64,000 nt of DNA from Antedon mediterranea (taxonomy: Eukaryota; Animalia; Echinodermata), in NCBI RefSeq assembly GCF_964355755.1, contig NC_092670.1:33964388-34028387 (forward strand). The letters are read 5' to 3'. A program made the position numbers and the translations under genes. Positions 13,733 through 25,676 of the stretch are shown here, piece by piece (positions within the stretch are counted from its first letter, which is position 1; every line of letters begins with the position of its first letter). A model generated the notes under the pieces. It did not search any database. It was not told where the DNA came from and saw only the letters and a program-made list of their open reading frames with translations.

Positions 13733-13833
13733 TTTTTAGTCGCGTGGACGCGACTCTATAGTTCACTATGTCGGTCGGTCGGTCAGTCTGGTATCACTAT
13801 GCTTAGCACGCGACTTATGGCTGTTGGCCTTGT
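13733..13833 (+). mobile_element. Minimal ~100-bp Helentron-associated element, family A
   Basis: TTTTTAGTCGCGTGGACGCGACT...(GTCG)n...CACGCGACTTATGGCTGTTGGCCTTGTT: both ends of the family with the interior deleted. Confidence 0.75.
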
Positions 13834-14555
13834 TGTATTATAAATTATATTTTGGAACGTTTTACATGACAATTTCTAGGAGAGTCATTTTAACGTAACT
13901 TGTTAGTTTGGACAATTTGAATAATTACTAATAACTGTAAATCGACTGCTTGAAAATATTAGATTTTTGAATAAATAAAAATAAATAAGAGAAAAAGTAA
14001 AAAACATAAATTTATTTTCTTTTTCTCTAACAATGTAAACAAAAATACAAATTTAAATCTAAAAAAAAAAACTTGTGACAGCTAGCCAGTTAAGAAAAAA
14101 AGATATTTTGTAATAATATTGATATTTGATTTAACATACAGAAACAAAAGAGGACAGCAAAGCACAAAAAGACAAGATGATTAATACCATGGAAGAACAG
14201 AAAACCAAAATAAATTAAAAGCGTTTATTCTTTTTGTTTACGATATTGTTAGTGGAGTATATTATTGTATGAGTATTATTGTATTTTTAAAAAAAAGGAA
14301 TTATGCTGTGGTCTGACAAAAGTCCAGGCAATCTGTGGATTGACCCAAAACAAATTGCAATAGTTTCAAAACTTTTTTTTTTCTGATTTTGCATTTATTG
14401 GAGTGTTTTATTTTAAAAATATACTAAAATCGGTTTAGTGGAACATATATTTTAGAGGTCATTTAAGTCATAACATAATTTTCTACAGTTTACACGCTTA
14501 TTAGATGATCTTTAAGAAAGAAGATCAACTATTGATATTGTACAAAATCTGTATT

Positions 14556-14620
14556 ATTTGTTATCCGTAACTTTTGAGTTACGGATAACCATTGTGTTAT
14601 TCTACTTTCTTTCCTCAATT
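14556..14620 (+). mobile_element. End of a Helentron-associated element, family B-like
   Basis: Hairpin GTTATCCGTAACTTTTGAGTTACGGATAAC, similar to 30725-30757. Confidence 0.5.
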
Positions 14621-16178
14621 GGTGTTGTCAGCGTATCTAAAAAATGTGTAGGTATAACATTTTGTAAGTTAACTAGAATTTAAACCTTAAACAGTTTTAA
14701 ATGAAACTTGACAAGTATTTTTTTCATATTAATGGTCAGCTTTCTGTAATGGTTACATGCGTGAACAAATTTAAAAAACGCTAAAAAAATCAATCTGTAA
14801 TCATACATTTCAGGTAATTTTAAGTATTGCGCACACATAGCATAAAAAATCCGTTTTTTAAAAAGATTTTGTTCTTTATTTTTGTTACTGCACAATACAC
14901 GCACGTACACGTTAAATGATAATAAGCTTTGAAATAATGTGAAGCTTGTACAATTTGACCCATTATTTCAAAAGTTTGATTAAGTTAAGTAAGCCATTCA
15001 AGCATGCATTTATTTTCATTTAATCGAGTAGCTGAATTGAACAAGATTAACCAATTATGATGTTTACAATTTTAATATCTCAAGATCTAAGATGCTTCTG
15101 GACCCAAGGCATTCTAACAGGATACTGAGCTCCGGTGACCATCGTATTTATCTGTGGCTAAGACAGGATCAGATACACGCTCCTCCATTGCACAGTACTA
15201 TTTGTCACAGCCAAAGACTGTTACTATCTTGGCAAAGCGAGCTCAATGTCCTGTTGTTAGATTGTCTTGCTAGAACTTCAAATAGAGTATTAATTCACAT
15301 TTATTTGCAATATGTCGACATTAAATAAATATAAAAAAATGTTTTAAAATCCCTCGTTATTGGCAGAACCAGTGGTTTCGTTAAACACAGAATCACAGTT
15401 TGTAGTTGTGCAATGTTCAAATGAATTAACCAGCAATGTTTTAACTGATTTTTAAATACATTTTTTGACTGCTGTAACTAAATTTCATCAGTTTTTTAAC
15501 TGTAACAATTTTTAACAATGTTTAAAACTTATTTTATCACGTTTTTATTACTGAAAGTTATTAATTTGTATATTGAATTTTATCAATTGCTGAATCTCAT
15601 ATCAGTAACTAAATAACGGCTTTATATTTCTGTATTTAACAGAATTTTATTAATGTTTTCTTATTATTATCTACCGCTTTCCAATCAGCTTTTGACATTT
15701 TGTATATTACTACTCAATTGAGATATGGTATTCAATGTATTCAGTAAATAAAATACACGTATCTTTGCATATGGTTGCCTTTGTTATTGTTTTAATGGTA
15801 TGAAATAATAATTATATAATCTTTAATAATTGTTCATCAAATCAGTATTCATAATTTACGTAAAACCACGGTAATGCGGAGATACATTGTACAATATGTA
15901 AGTTATTTCTTGCAAGGTACGAGAATATTACTGTATTTCAATCAAATTAATTGGCGTGTATTTCATGTTTATCATTTTGTGTGATCCATTCTGGTAGGTA
16001 TTTACCTATTTTAGAATATGTATACATCGTAGTAATATTCCATCAAGTGTAGTAGTTTGTTGTATGCTTACACAGTACTATTGGAAAATAGCCATTTCAT
16101 CAATGTGTTATTTTTATTTCTATGGTTCGATGCATTAATGACCAAGAAGACACACTACAATGTTGGTCATTATATATA

Positions 16179-17060
16179 AATCACGTACCAGAAACATAAT
16201 TTGGTTTAACCCACCATTCAGCAAAAACGTAGCAACCAACATCGGCCACAAGTTTTTAGCTATAGTAGAAGATTGTTTTCCTGCCGGCAACAAGCTCAGA
16301 AAAATATTTAACAAAAATACCTTGAAACTAAGCTACAGTTGCATGCCCAGCGTAGACAAAGTAATTAACGCACACAACAAATATGTGATAGCCAAAGAAA
16401 AATCTACTGAAACCAACGCGAAAACAAGCGGATGTAACTGCCGCAATCCCAATGAATCCCAGGTAACTGCCTAACAAAAGGTGTAGTTTACCAAGCTACA
16501 GTAAAGAGAGAAGATTCATCAAAAGAAGAAACATATGTCGGACTAACTGAAAACCAGTTTAAAACCAGATACAGAAACCATACGTCTTCATTCCGGAACG
16601 AAAAACTAAGAAATGCAACGGAACTCAGTAAATATATATGGACACTTAAAGACTCTAAAACAAATTACTCAATTAAATGGAAAATTATAAAGAAATGCAA
16701 ACCTTACTCAAATATTAACAAAAGATGTAATCTATGTATAATGAAAAGTATGTTATTATATGTCAACCAGAGCTATGCTCACTGAACCGTAAGAACGAGT
16801 TAGTCTCTACTTGTAGACATAGGAAAAAATTCTTACTAAATTGCAGATCCAAACAGTTTATCTAAAACAATAGGCTATTGTATACGACTTCCTGATGACT
16901 CACTTTTATTAAGCACTATGAGACAACTGTGTCACTTATGTTTTATATTTCACCTGAAGAGTGCGGCCAGCTACATGCTGGTCGTACGAAACAAATTTGT
17001 ACTGATTAAAACAATGAAGTAACCAAGTTTTCTGCTGTTATTTTATTTATTTATGCTCTA
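16179..17060 (+). mobile_element. Penelope-like element 3' part (Neptune-like): GIY-YIG endonuclease, frameshifted
   Basis: IIWFNPPFS, KLSYSCMP, CNCR..C, VVYQATV..TYVGLTE..FKTRYRNH, TELSKYIW, CNLC, LNRKNELVSTCRH. Short (TA)n runs lie near both ends. Confidence 0.9.
16946..17008 (+). ncRNA. Type I hammerhead ribozyme motif in the Penelope terminal region
   Basis: CTGAAGA (16954-60), stem II GTGCGGCCAGC/GCTGGTCGTAC, GAAA, palindromic stem III CAAATTTG, cleavage triplet GTA. Stem I is degenerate. Confidence 0.75.
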
Positions 17061-17873
17061 CCTTGGTATTGAGCACTCTATCCAAACAGTCTGAAAATTT
17101 CAACCTGAATATATATATATTATATACGCATTTCATCATCTGTGATGCTTGTAAGTTTCTATTTGAGTTTCTGTACTGTCCATATTTTGTTATTCCTTAT
17201 TATGTTACTATGTTTTCCATAATTGTTGGGTGGTTTGCATGTAAAATGTCTTCTAGCGTAGTGTACACATACTATATACTCTAAACCAGTCGGTTTAGAA
17301 TTCATTTTGTTCCGGTTACTTCGTTCTTGTATATAAATTTACGAAATAAATGGTATTATATTAGTTGTATCTTAGCATTAGAGTAAAGCTGGAAGTAATT
17401 GATATCATAAATTATTTCGTATACAAATGTAAAGGTTGATGTAAACACCAACCGTCAATTCTCATTATATATACAAGATCTACGGATTATTGTGGCAGCT
17501 CTCAACAACAAAAAACTAGACAATTAACAATAATAACATGACATTTTTAGTTAGTTGCCAGGTAAAAAGGAAACGACTTTTATTTTTAGCAATCCAATTC
17601 GTCACAATCATGGTTCATTTTAAATTGTAATCAAACTCAAAGTCTCTGTCAGTATATAATGGTTACAAAAAATCAATTGTGCAGTGACAATTGTATCAGT
17701 CGTCGGTTTCCAGTAACATTGACAGTTACAACAAGCAAGATTTCAAACACTCACACACCCTCTATATCAGCATATCCAGCGGGCGCTTAAACATACAGTA
17801 GTAGTTGTAATTCATTAATTTAATCTTTTATTTATGATTCTTTTTCTCCATAGAAATTAAAATTACATCTAGG

Positions 17874-18860
17874 TCTATATATACATTTATGTAAGGGCAA
17901 AATTCGGTAAATCGCGCGTTATTTCTAGGATTTTTACTCGATGGTACTATATAAAGTTGGTTCATACGTTCCGCACTGATTTTAACCACCTAATGTAACC
18001 ATGTTTACTGATTATTGTTCAGTTAGATAATTCTTTATTGACGATTAAAACGAATTGAGGTTCAACGATTTGCCCTAAATAGAGGTGTTTTCCAATCGTT
18101 GTATATACACTGCTTAATGGATGTCGATGCTGAAAAATACCCGCACACATTAATACGAAGATTCTTCGCATTTACCTATTTCCTTCTACGATAATTGTTT
18201 TCATAGCCGAAAATTGGTTAAACAGCTCAAGTACATCATAATGTACAAGACAAGCCGATTTTGTTCAAAAAAAACTCCTTTGATAGATTTAATATACGTT
18301 TATACAAACGTATTGCTTAGTGATAAATGAAATATTTCAATCTCTCAGTCTCCCAGTATGAATATTTGGTATAACACAAGTAGGTAAATATATGAACTCT
18401 TAGGGGATAAACTTTAGGTATATTTTTGATCGCCATTTGAAGCGCAAATTTCTTACTGTGAGTGTGGGTACTGTTTGAAAAATACACTTTATTTCTGACA
18501 GTAGCTCCTCAACGTTTGTATTAATTAATAATTACAAAAAAATATAAACGTCGTAGTGGTGTATCGTTACATGTACTTTACTATTTCAGTCGACTATGAA
18601 AGTGACAGTTCCAACAAATTATGTTTTATTGTGTTTAACCGTATATTATTTCAGGGAAGAGTTAATATAACTCTTCCCTGATTATTTATAAAACAAAAAA
18701 AGACATTTTGTGTTACTGACAGTTGCTTCTCAACGTTTGTATTAATTAATGATTACAACAAATATAAACGTCGTAGTGGTGTATCGTTACATGTACTTTA
18801 CTATTTTAATCGAATATGACAGTGACAGTTTCAAAAAATGATGTTTAATGTGTTTAGAGT
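17874..18860 (+). mobile_element. Diverged copy of the non-autonomous Helitron family (5' part)
   Basis: Starts TCTATATATACATTTATGTAAGGGCAAAATTCGG and contains an internal ~240-bp tandem duplication (18495/18716). Confidence 0.75.
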
Positions 18861-18880
18861 GATATATATATATATATATA

Positions 18881-19221
18881 GAGTGGGATCCCGCCTCTTG
18901 AATAAAAATACTGAAAGATGAGGGCGTATCAATTTGATCTCTGGTGCGCGTGCGTACAACCGAGGACTAGTGCTGTTCCGCCGTACCACGCCGAGAATGT
19001 TAAAGAGTCGCTATCCAATCGAGTTCGAACAATACCATGAAAGCCCGAGTGGTCTAATGGTTAGGACATCTGCATATCAAGCAGGCGGTCCGAGTTGGAG
19101 TCTCGGTTGGGGCGACTTTTTCTCATTCTCACAGATTTCCTCATCTTTATCGTTTCAAATTAATTAATTAAATTTCAGTATATCACCGGGCGGTTTAGAA
19201 TGAATGTTCTTTGCCTACTGT

Positions 19222-19225
<4 letters not shown>
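18881..19225 (+). mobile_element. Unclassified 345-bp element inserted in (TA)n, carrying an internal tRNA-like gene
   Basis: GC-richer island bounded on both sides by long (TA)n, with no TIRs seen. Confidence 0.6.
19043..19114 (+). tRNA. tRNA-like sequence/pseudo-tRNA (anticodon position ATC, Asp-like)
   Basis: Cloverleaf: acceptor GCCCGAG/TTGGGGC, D-arm with TGGTCTAATGG, anticodon stem TCTGC/GCAGG with loop ATATCAA, T-arm CCGAG-TTGGAGT-CTCGG, then TTTTT. The T-loop and anticodon loop are non-canonical. Confidence 0.6.
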
Positions 19226-19264
<39 letters not shown>

Positions 19265-19269
19265 TATAT

Positions 19270-20388
19270 ATAAATTTTTCTGATCGTGGTAATGAATAAT
19301 TTTCTGAATCATCCATGCAGAAAACTGCAAAGTGGTCAGATATGTCGTTAACTAGTATCCCTGTGTTAATATCTTGGAATTCCTGATAAATTGTATAAAT
19401 ATTGTCAATTACTGTTGCGGTATCTTTTGTGATTCGAGTGGGTTTATTTACTAGTGGAATGAAAGATTCTGTTAGCATGTTGTCTAAGTGAGTTTGAACA
19501 TTATTGTCACAGTTACATTTTTGTAGATCTAGGTTAAAGTCACCCATAAGGTATGCCTTTTTATTTTCATTGTTTATCATGTGCATTAATTCACTAAGTT
19601 GATTATTAAATGTTGGACTTTGGGGGGGGGGGGGACCTGTAGATTATTCCACATATAATTGATTTATCATTATTCTTTAATTCAATAATAATTCACTCTC
19701 CCTCGTTTATCATAGCAGACAAGTCATTTCTTATTTGATATGATATATTTGAGTGAATGTATAATGCTACACACCCCCCTGTCTGGGTTTCTCTGTTTTA
19801 AAGATAGGTGTATAGTTTGGAAGTGTATATAAACCAAGGTGATGTTTGCTTGAAAGCCAAGTCCTATTACATTAAATTCAAAATCAAGAGAGGATACATA
19901 ATGTTTTAATTCTTCAAATTTGTATACTTCTGCAATTTAATGCAAACATAGAAAAACTATTAGTTAACGTTTGACTGAACGTGGATTTAAATGTATCAAG
20001 AAGAGCTATAATAGACTCAAAATTGGCATTATTTTGACAATATTTTATAACTTTTTCAACAAAAATGCGCGCAAACGGTCTAAATCAACGTGTTTGTATG
20101 ACGTCATTTTAATTTGAAATGATGTCAATCTTTTTAAAATGACTGGGAAGGCTGTAAAATCATAATTCAAGAGAAAACACATGATTTTCATGCTCTGTGC
20201 GCACCTTACGCGTAAAATAGAAAGGCTTGAAAAATATAATTCAAGAGAAAAAAACATGATTTCGTACTCCGTGCGCACCATACGCGTAATTTTTTTCGCG
20301 CGCGCGGGAATTTTTAACATGCTTAAAATGTCATCAGTGGGAAAGCCACTCGTCAAATCGAACAAATTTTCATCTAAAAGAGGGCGCT
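19270..20388 (+). repeat. 1.1-kb direct repeat copy A (CR1 endonuclease fragment + family B fragment)
   Basis: Nearly identical to 25677-26782. Encodes MGDFNLDL..KPTRIT..IDNIY..ISDHF on the minus strand. Confidence 0.93.
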
Positions 20389-22765
20389 ATCAAACGCTGA
20401 TGACAAATCCAACAACACCAATAGAGTTATTTTCCCATCATTCATTCCTTGTAACAAATCATTCTGTACCTTTAAAAGGGAACTCTCCGTGCTATGACAT
20501 GCACGATATGCCGACTGGTAATTCTCATTTAAATTATGCTTTTGAAGATATGGAGTAATGCGTGATGTCACTACACGCTCCAGAGTCTTTCCAAGAAAAG
20601 AAAGATTCGACACCGGGCGGTAATTTTTCAGCGTGTTATGATCCAAGTTTTGCTTTTTTATTAAAGGACGAACGTGAGCAATTTTCAGTTCATCTGGCAC
20701 TATGCCGGTATTAAGAGAATGGTTAATGATTTCCGTTATTATTGGAACGACTGCGTCTATACACTTCTTCAGTATAGAAGTAGGAACTGGATCTAACCTG
20801 CATGATTTTGTTGGTGATTTCATCAGAATGTTGCGGATCTCATCTTGAGATGCTGGTGTAAATGTTGTGAGATGCTGATGAACAGCTGTCACAGGCTCAT
20901 TTAATGACATGTCATCAATCTTGAAGTCGTCTCTGATGATCTTGATCTTGTCTGTGAAAAACTGACAGAACCTGTTCGCAAGATCTAAGTCAGAAAGACT
21001 ATCTGGGAGAGGTGATACCTGGCGATGATGAAGGAGTTGGTTAACAATTTTAAAAAGTCCTTTCTGATCTGCTGCATGTTCTTCACACAAGCCAATGTAG
21101 TAGTTGGCCTTTGCCTTTCTTACCATGGAATTTACATTCCTCTTCTGTGCAATGTAAGCTTGACGATCTATTTCCAGATGAGAGATTCTCCATTTCTTTT
21201 CAAGCTTACGCTTTGTTCTTTTCTCAGCATAGATGTCACTGTTATACCAACTAGTGTTTGGTCGGACCTTTACTGTTCTCTTTTTCGGTGGTGCGTGTTT
21301 GTCAAGAAGTTCACTCAAAGTGGTGACATATAGTCGTACTTTACTTGATAAATCAAGATTTGAGAGCGAAGTTCCGAGATCAGACTGTGTGATATCTTTA
21401 CATAATGTCTCAAAATTTATAGCATTCCAATGACGAGTTTCGATGGATTTAGTGATTACGGGTGGCTTCTTGATAAGGAGATTACATGTGATTGCATAGT
21501 GATCTGATATACCATCAATGACATTAAGGTTTGAGAAAACAGGAGGATCAGATGAACGAGTGATCAGCAAGTCTAATGTATGACCATGTCGGTGTGTAGG
21601 TGTAGACACATGCTGTTGAAGACTGCTTGCTACAAGTAGATTCCGAAAATGAATTGCATCTGCATCATTTGGCATATCCACATGGATGTTAAAGTCTCCA
21701 ACGAATAGTATGGGAGCCGGCTTCAATACATAGTGATCAACCAAAGTTGAGAATTCTTCAGTGAAAACATTTAGACTGCAACCCGTTGATTTGCTTTGAG
21801 GACGATATACTGCTACGAGGAAAACTGAGGATGCATTGCTGACTATTTCCACATTTAGCAGTTCAAATGATTTTGGTAATAATCCTGTGTCATAACATTT
21901 AACCGCTATGCTTTCCTTGTAAAGAAGTGCAACTTCACCACCTCTTTTAGTACCAGCACGGGGAGCATGTTTGAGAGAGTATCCGTTGGGTGTAATATTT
22001 CCTATAACTGATATGTCTTCTGGTTTAAGCCACGTTTCCGAAAGGGCAACAACATCCAGATTATGTTCGATAACGTTCTGTTGTTTTGTTCCGAACGGAT
22101 CTTGTATTAATACTGCAAAATTTAATATTGTTTTTAGATAAGAGAGAGTTTGATGATAAGTCCGGAAATGATAGATTGTTTTTAGTGTGTTTGTCACGCC
22201 CAGCTCTTGTACCACGCCTGGTTTTTCTTTTTGGCCTCCTTGGTAATAGGTGGATACTACAGCTACTGGAGTTCAACTTAAAAGATTGTATAATTAAGCA
22301 AGATTCTTCAGGAAGTTCACAACTGTTATTGTTGTTGGTTACACAGCCCTGTAAACCATGAAGAAACTCAGAGCTATAGCTAATTAGCATGACAACAGCA
22401 GATCTTCAAGCATGAGGTGTACAAGGTCATTTACATAACAATATGCACAGTCAGATTGAAAGTACAGGGCTAGCTTCCCACTGATGCTAGTAGACCATTG
22501 TTCTTGGGCAGTGATGAGTTTGAATTAAAACAATAAAGGCACAAGCAGGGCCTAGCTGAACTTCAGGAAACAACAAGAAAAACAACTGCGATTTACTCCA
22601 AGATACGATTATTTCCACATAAGAAATTTGTGAATATATGGTGCTCAATTTGCTATTCCAGCATCCAGTAAAACTTATTTGATGAAAAAAACCATCTGGA
22701 AACAGATACGAAGTTGTTATGCACAGAGCAATATAGAGCCGCCACATGGGCGCTGCAACACTCCT
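20389..22765 (-). mobile_element. L2-group LINE, 5' portion (UTR, RRGTRAGR leader, APE endonuclease, RT truncated at DLSSAFD)
   Basis: YSSEFL..RRGTRAGR, INTRSVRNK, LSETW, VYRP, GDFN, HGHTLDL, SDH, NYRPVSNL, HSTE, LDLSSAFD. One frameshift near 22070. Confidence 0.9.
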
Positions 22766-25480
22766 CTCAGGTCAGTTTTGAGTGTTCCATTTTCTATGGT
22801 CACTATAGTGTCCAAAAAATCAACGCTACTAGTGGATTTGGTAGCTGTAAATTTGATAGCTGGGTGGGCTGAATTAATATTGAGAAGAAAAGATTCCAAA
22901 TTATCTTCACCATGGGTCCAGATCATGAAGATGTCGTCAATGTATCTAAACCAAACAAGTGGTTTATTTGGTTGGAGGGACAGAAAATTGGCCTCAAATT
23001 GTCCCATAAATAAATTTGCAAAAGATGGCGCCATTTTTGTGCCCATCGCTGTGCCGTGAATTTGAAGGTAATGGTCATTTCCAAAAATAAAATTGTTGTT
23101 GGTTAAGATCAACATGACCAGTTCTCGTAAATGAGCTTTAGTAGGCGTTTTGCCTGGAATTTGTATGTAATTTAAAATACATGCGTCGGCTCCTTCTTCG
23201 TGAGGGATATTAGTAATACAATGATGAAACATCTAAGGTAGCCAGAACAGAATTATTAGGTAAATTTTGAATTTGGTTAATTTTGCGGATAAAGTCCGTG
23301 GAGTCCTGAATGTATGAAGGGAGATCAGTCACATATGGTCTTAGTAAATCATCCACATCTATATATAAATTTACGTAAAGGCAAAATTCGGTAAATCGCG
23401 CGTTATTTCTAGAATGTTTACTCGATGGTATGTAAAGTTGGTTCGTACTTTCGGTACTGATTTTAACCACCTGATGTAACCCTGTTTACTAATTAAATTG
23501 AATTCGATAATTAGTTATTGACGATTAAAACGAATTTAGGTTCAACGATTTGCCCCAAATAGGGGTGTTTTCCGATCGTGGTATACACTGTCTAATGGAT
23601 GTCCAATTTGAAAAATACCCGCACACAATAATACGAGGACACTTCGCATTTTCCTATCTCCTCCTACGATAATTCTTTGTAATAGCTGAAAACCGGTTGA
23701 ACAGTTCGAGTACAGAATCATAATGTTGAAGACAGGCCGATTTCATTTTAAAAATGCTATTTTGATAGATTTAATATACGTTTTTACAAATGTAATGATT
23801 TGCGATGAATGGAACATTCCAATCTCTGTTCCACAAGTGTCTATTCCCTCAGGCGTCGTAAAGGCAAGTACTGTATACTCATAACAGAAATTTGATCCAT
23901 TTTTTTTTCAATCTGTGCTGCAGAGGTTGGATATACATTTTTTTTAAAACAGATAATGAGCTAGCGTTTTCAGTCGCAGTATATTTATGTACAAATATTT
24001 ATTATTGCAGTTAAACCACCCACATCATCACCCTTCCCTCACTGGCATGAGTAGCGTTGTAAATCCAGTAGAGGATAGGCCTACAGTGCATCACATGCCC
24101 TAAACGCAGAACAACTTTGGTGGGTAGGGTAGGAACCAACTTAAGTATGAATTGGCTCTAAGAAACAATTGAAAACCATTAGGCCTACTAATTAAGTTGA
24201 GTTAGATAATTTAATATATATTGACGATTAAATCGAATTTATGATTTGCCCCGAATAGAGGTGGTTTTCCCAAATTGTTTTACATTATATAAACATATAC
24301 ACGTCGTCGTAGTGATGTATCGTTACATGTACTGTACTTTTCAATCGACTAGGACGGTGATAGTTTCAACAAGTATTACATCGCAATGTTTTACTGTGTT
24401 TAGTGGTATATTAGTTGTAAAACATGAAAACAATTAATATTTCGTTACTAAATGGATAAAGAATATATTTAAAAATTGTTCCTCTTACACCCATCCTCTT
24501 CCCCATCCCTCAACCCTAATGTTACATATAAAACACAAATTAAGTTTGTTTAAATTTGACTAAACAATTGGTCTCATTTTGTGACAAGTTTCTTTTTCGG
24601 AAGTAATTCCCAGGGTGCTAATTTTAGTTGAGTACATAAATCACAGTGTCTATTTATTCGTTTCTGTAAACAACATGTATTATTGTTCTGCGGTACGTAT
24701 ATTTGAAATCGCCAGTTTTTTAACGCTGAAATTATTATGTATTCGAGAACCATCTGTGGGCACGACCTAGATGGTACGCGAGCGAAGCGAGCGTACCATC
24801 TAGTATTCAGAAATTTTCTCTGTAGCAGTGCCATTGCCCGAAATAATGGGTCTACCAGGATTGCCTGCTTTGTGGATTTTAGGTAGGAAATAAAATCTGC
24901 CTGGAACTGGATTGACCTGTGCCAAATGAGGTCCAATCTTAGGATCGATGGAGTGTTTTTTTACCATCACAGAAACATATTTGGCCACCTTATCCGCAAT
25001 TTCCGGGGTGGGATCCGTTGTAAGTTTACGATAATGAAGAGGATTGTTTAGCTGTCTTAAGGACTCCTCTTCATAAAATTTGATGTCCATGGCAACAGTG
25101 GCAGAACCTTTATCAGCTGGTTTAATGATAATATCATTACGCTGATGCAATTTGGCAATGGCCTGCCTCTCTTGTTTTGAGAGATTGTCACGTTTATCTG
25201 GACTCGGAACGTAGTTTTGTACATCCTCCTCAATAGCCTGAAAAAAATGTTTCTAAAGCTGGACAACGATTTTTAGGTGGATTCCAGGAACTTTTTGGTT
25301 TAAATTTGTTAGCGTTGCCTTCGTTTTGCGTGGTGCTGCTGTCTGAATCAGCAAAATGTTCACCTAATCGTAATCTTCTGGAGAAAGACTCCATATCCAA
25401 AGATAGTTGTTGTGCGCCGACCTCGGGAAAGAAGTTTTTTCTCTCCTTCGGAAAGTCGGCAATTAATTTCAACAACTGAA
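22766..25480 (-). mobile_element. Penelope-like element RT region (Poseidon-like), interrupted by a Helitron
   Basis: IKPADKG, YFLPKIHK, GRPIIS, LDVSSLY(T)NIP, GTAMG..AP, WFRYIDDIF, FLD motifs, with frameshifts. Confidence 0.92.
23358..24803 (+). mobile_element. Non-autonomous Helitron with both ends (1446 bp)
   Basis: 5' TC, 3' CTAG with terminal hairpin, inserted between A and T without TSD. Removing it restores the Penelope reading KISEY-VDDLLRP. Confidence 0.92.
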
Positions 25481-25676
25481 TCAGAGGTGTTGCTCCGATT
25501 CTTGTTATAAGTCCGAACGAACGAATATATATATATATATCATTGTTTTTAAAGAATCTGAGAAAAGTTTATATGATTCATTCGCATTTTCAATGCTAGT
25601 TACATATTGCCAATCATAGCCCTGTAATTCAAGTCTAAATTGCCGTTTTTATTGATCAGTATAGCTTCTTTTTATT

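Noticed and set aside
16888-16930. Second hammerhead candidate CTGATGACTCAC...TGAGAC
   Set aside because: No GAAA core after the putative stem II.
22487-22747. 86-aa hydrophobic ORF as LINE ORF1, or an HDV-like ribozyme at the L2 5' end
   Set aside because: No recognisable domain. Only a simple hairpin is visible, not the nested double pseudoknot.
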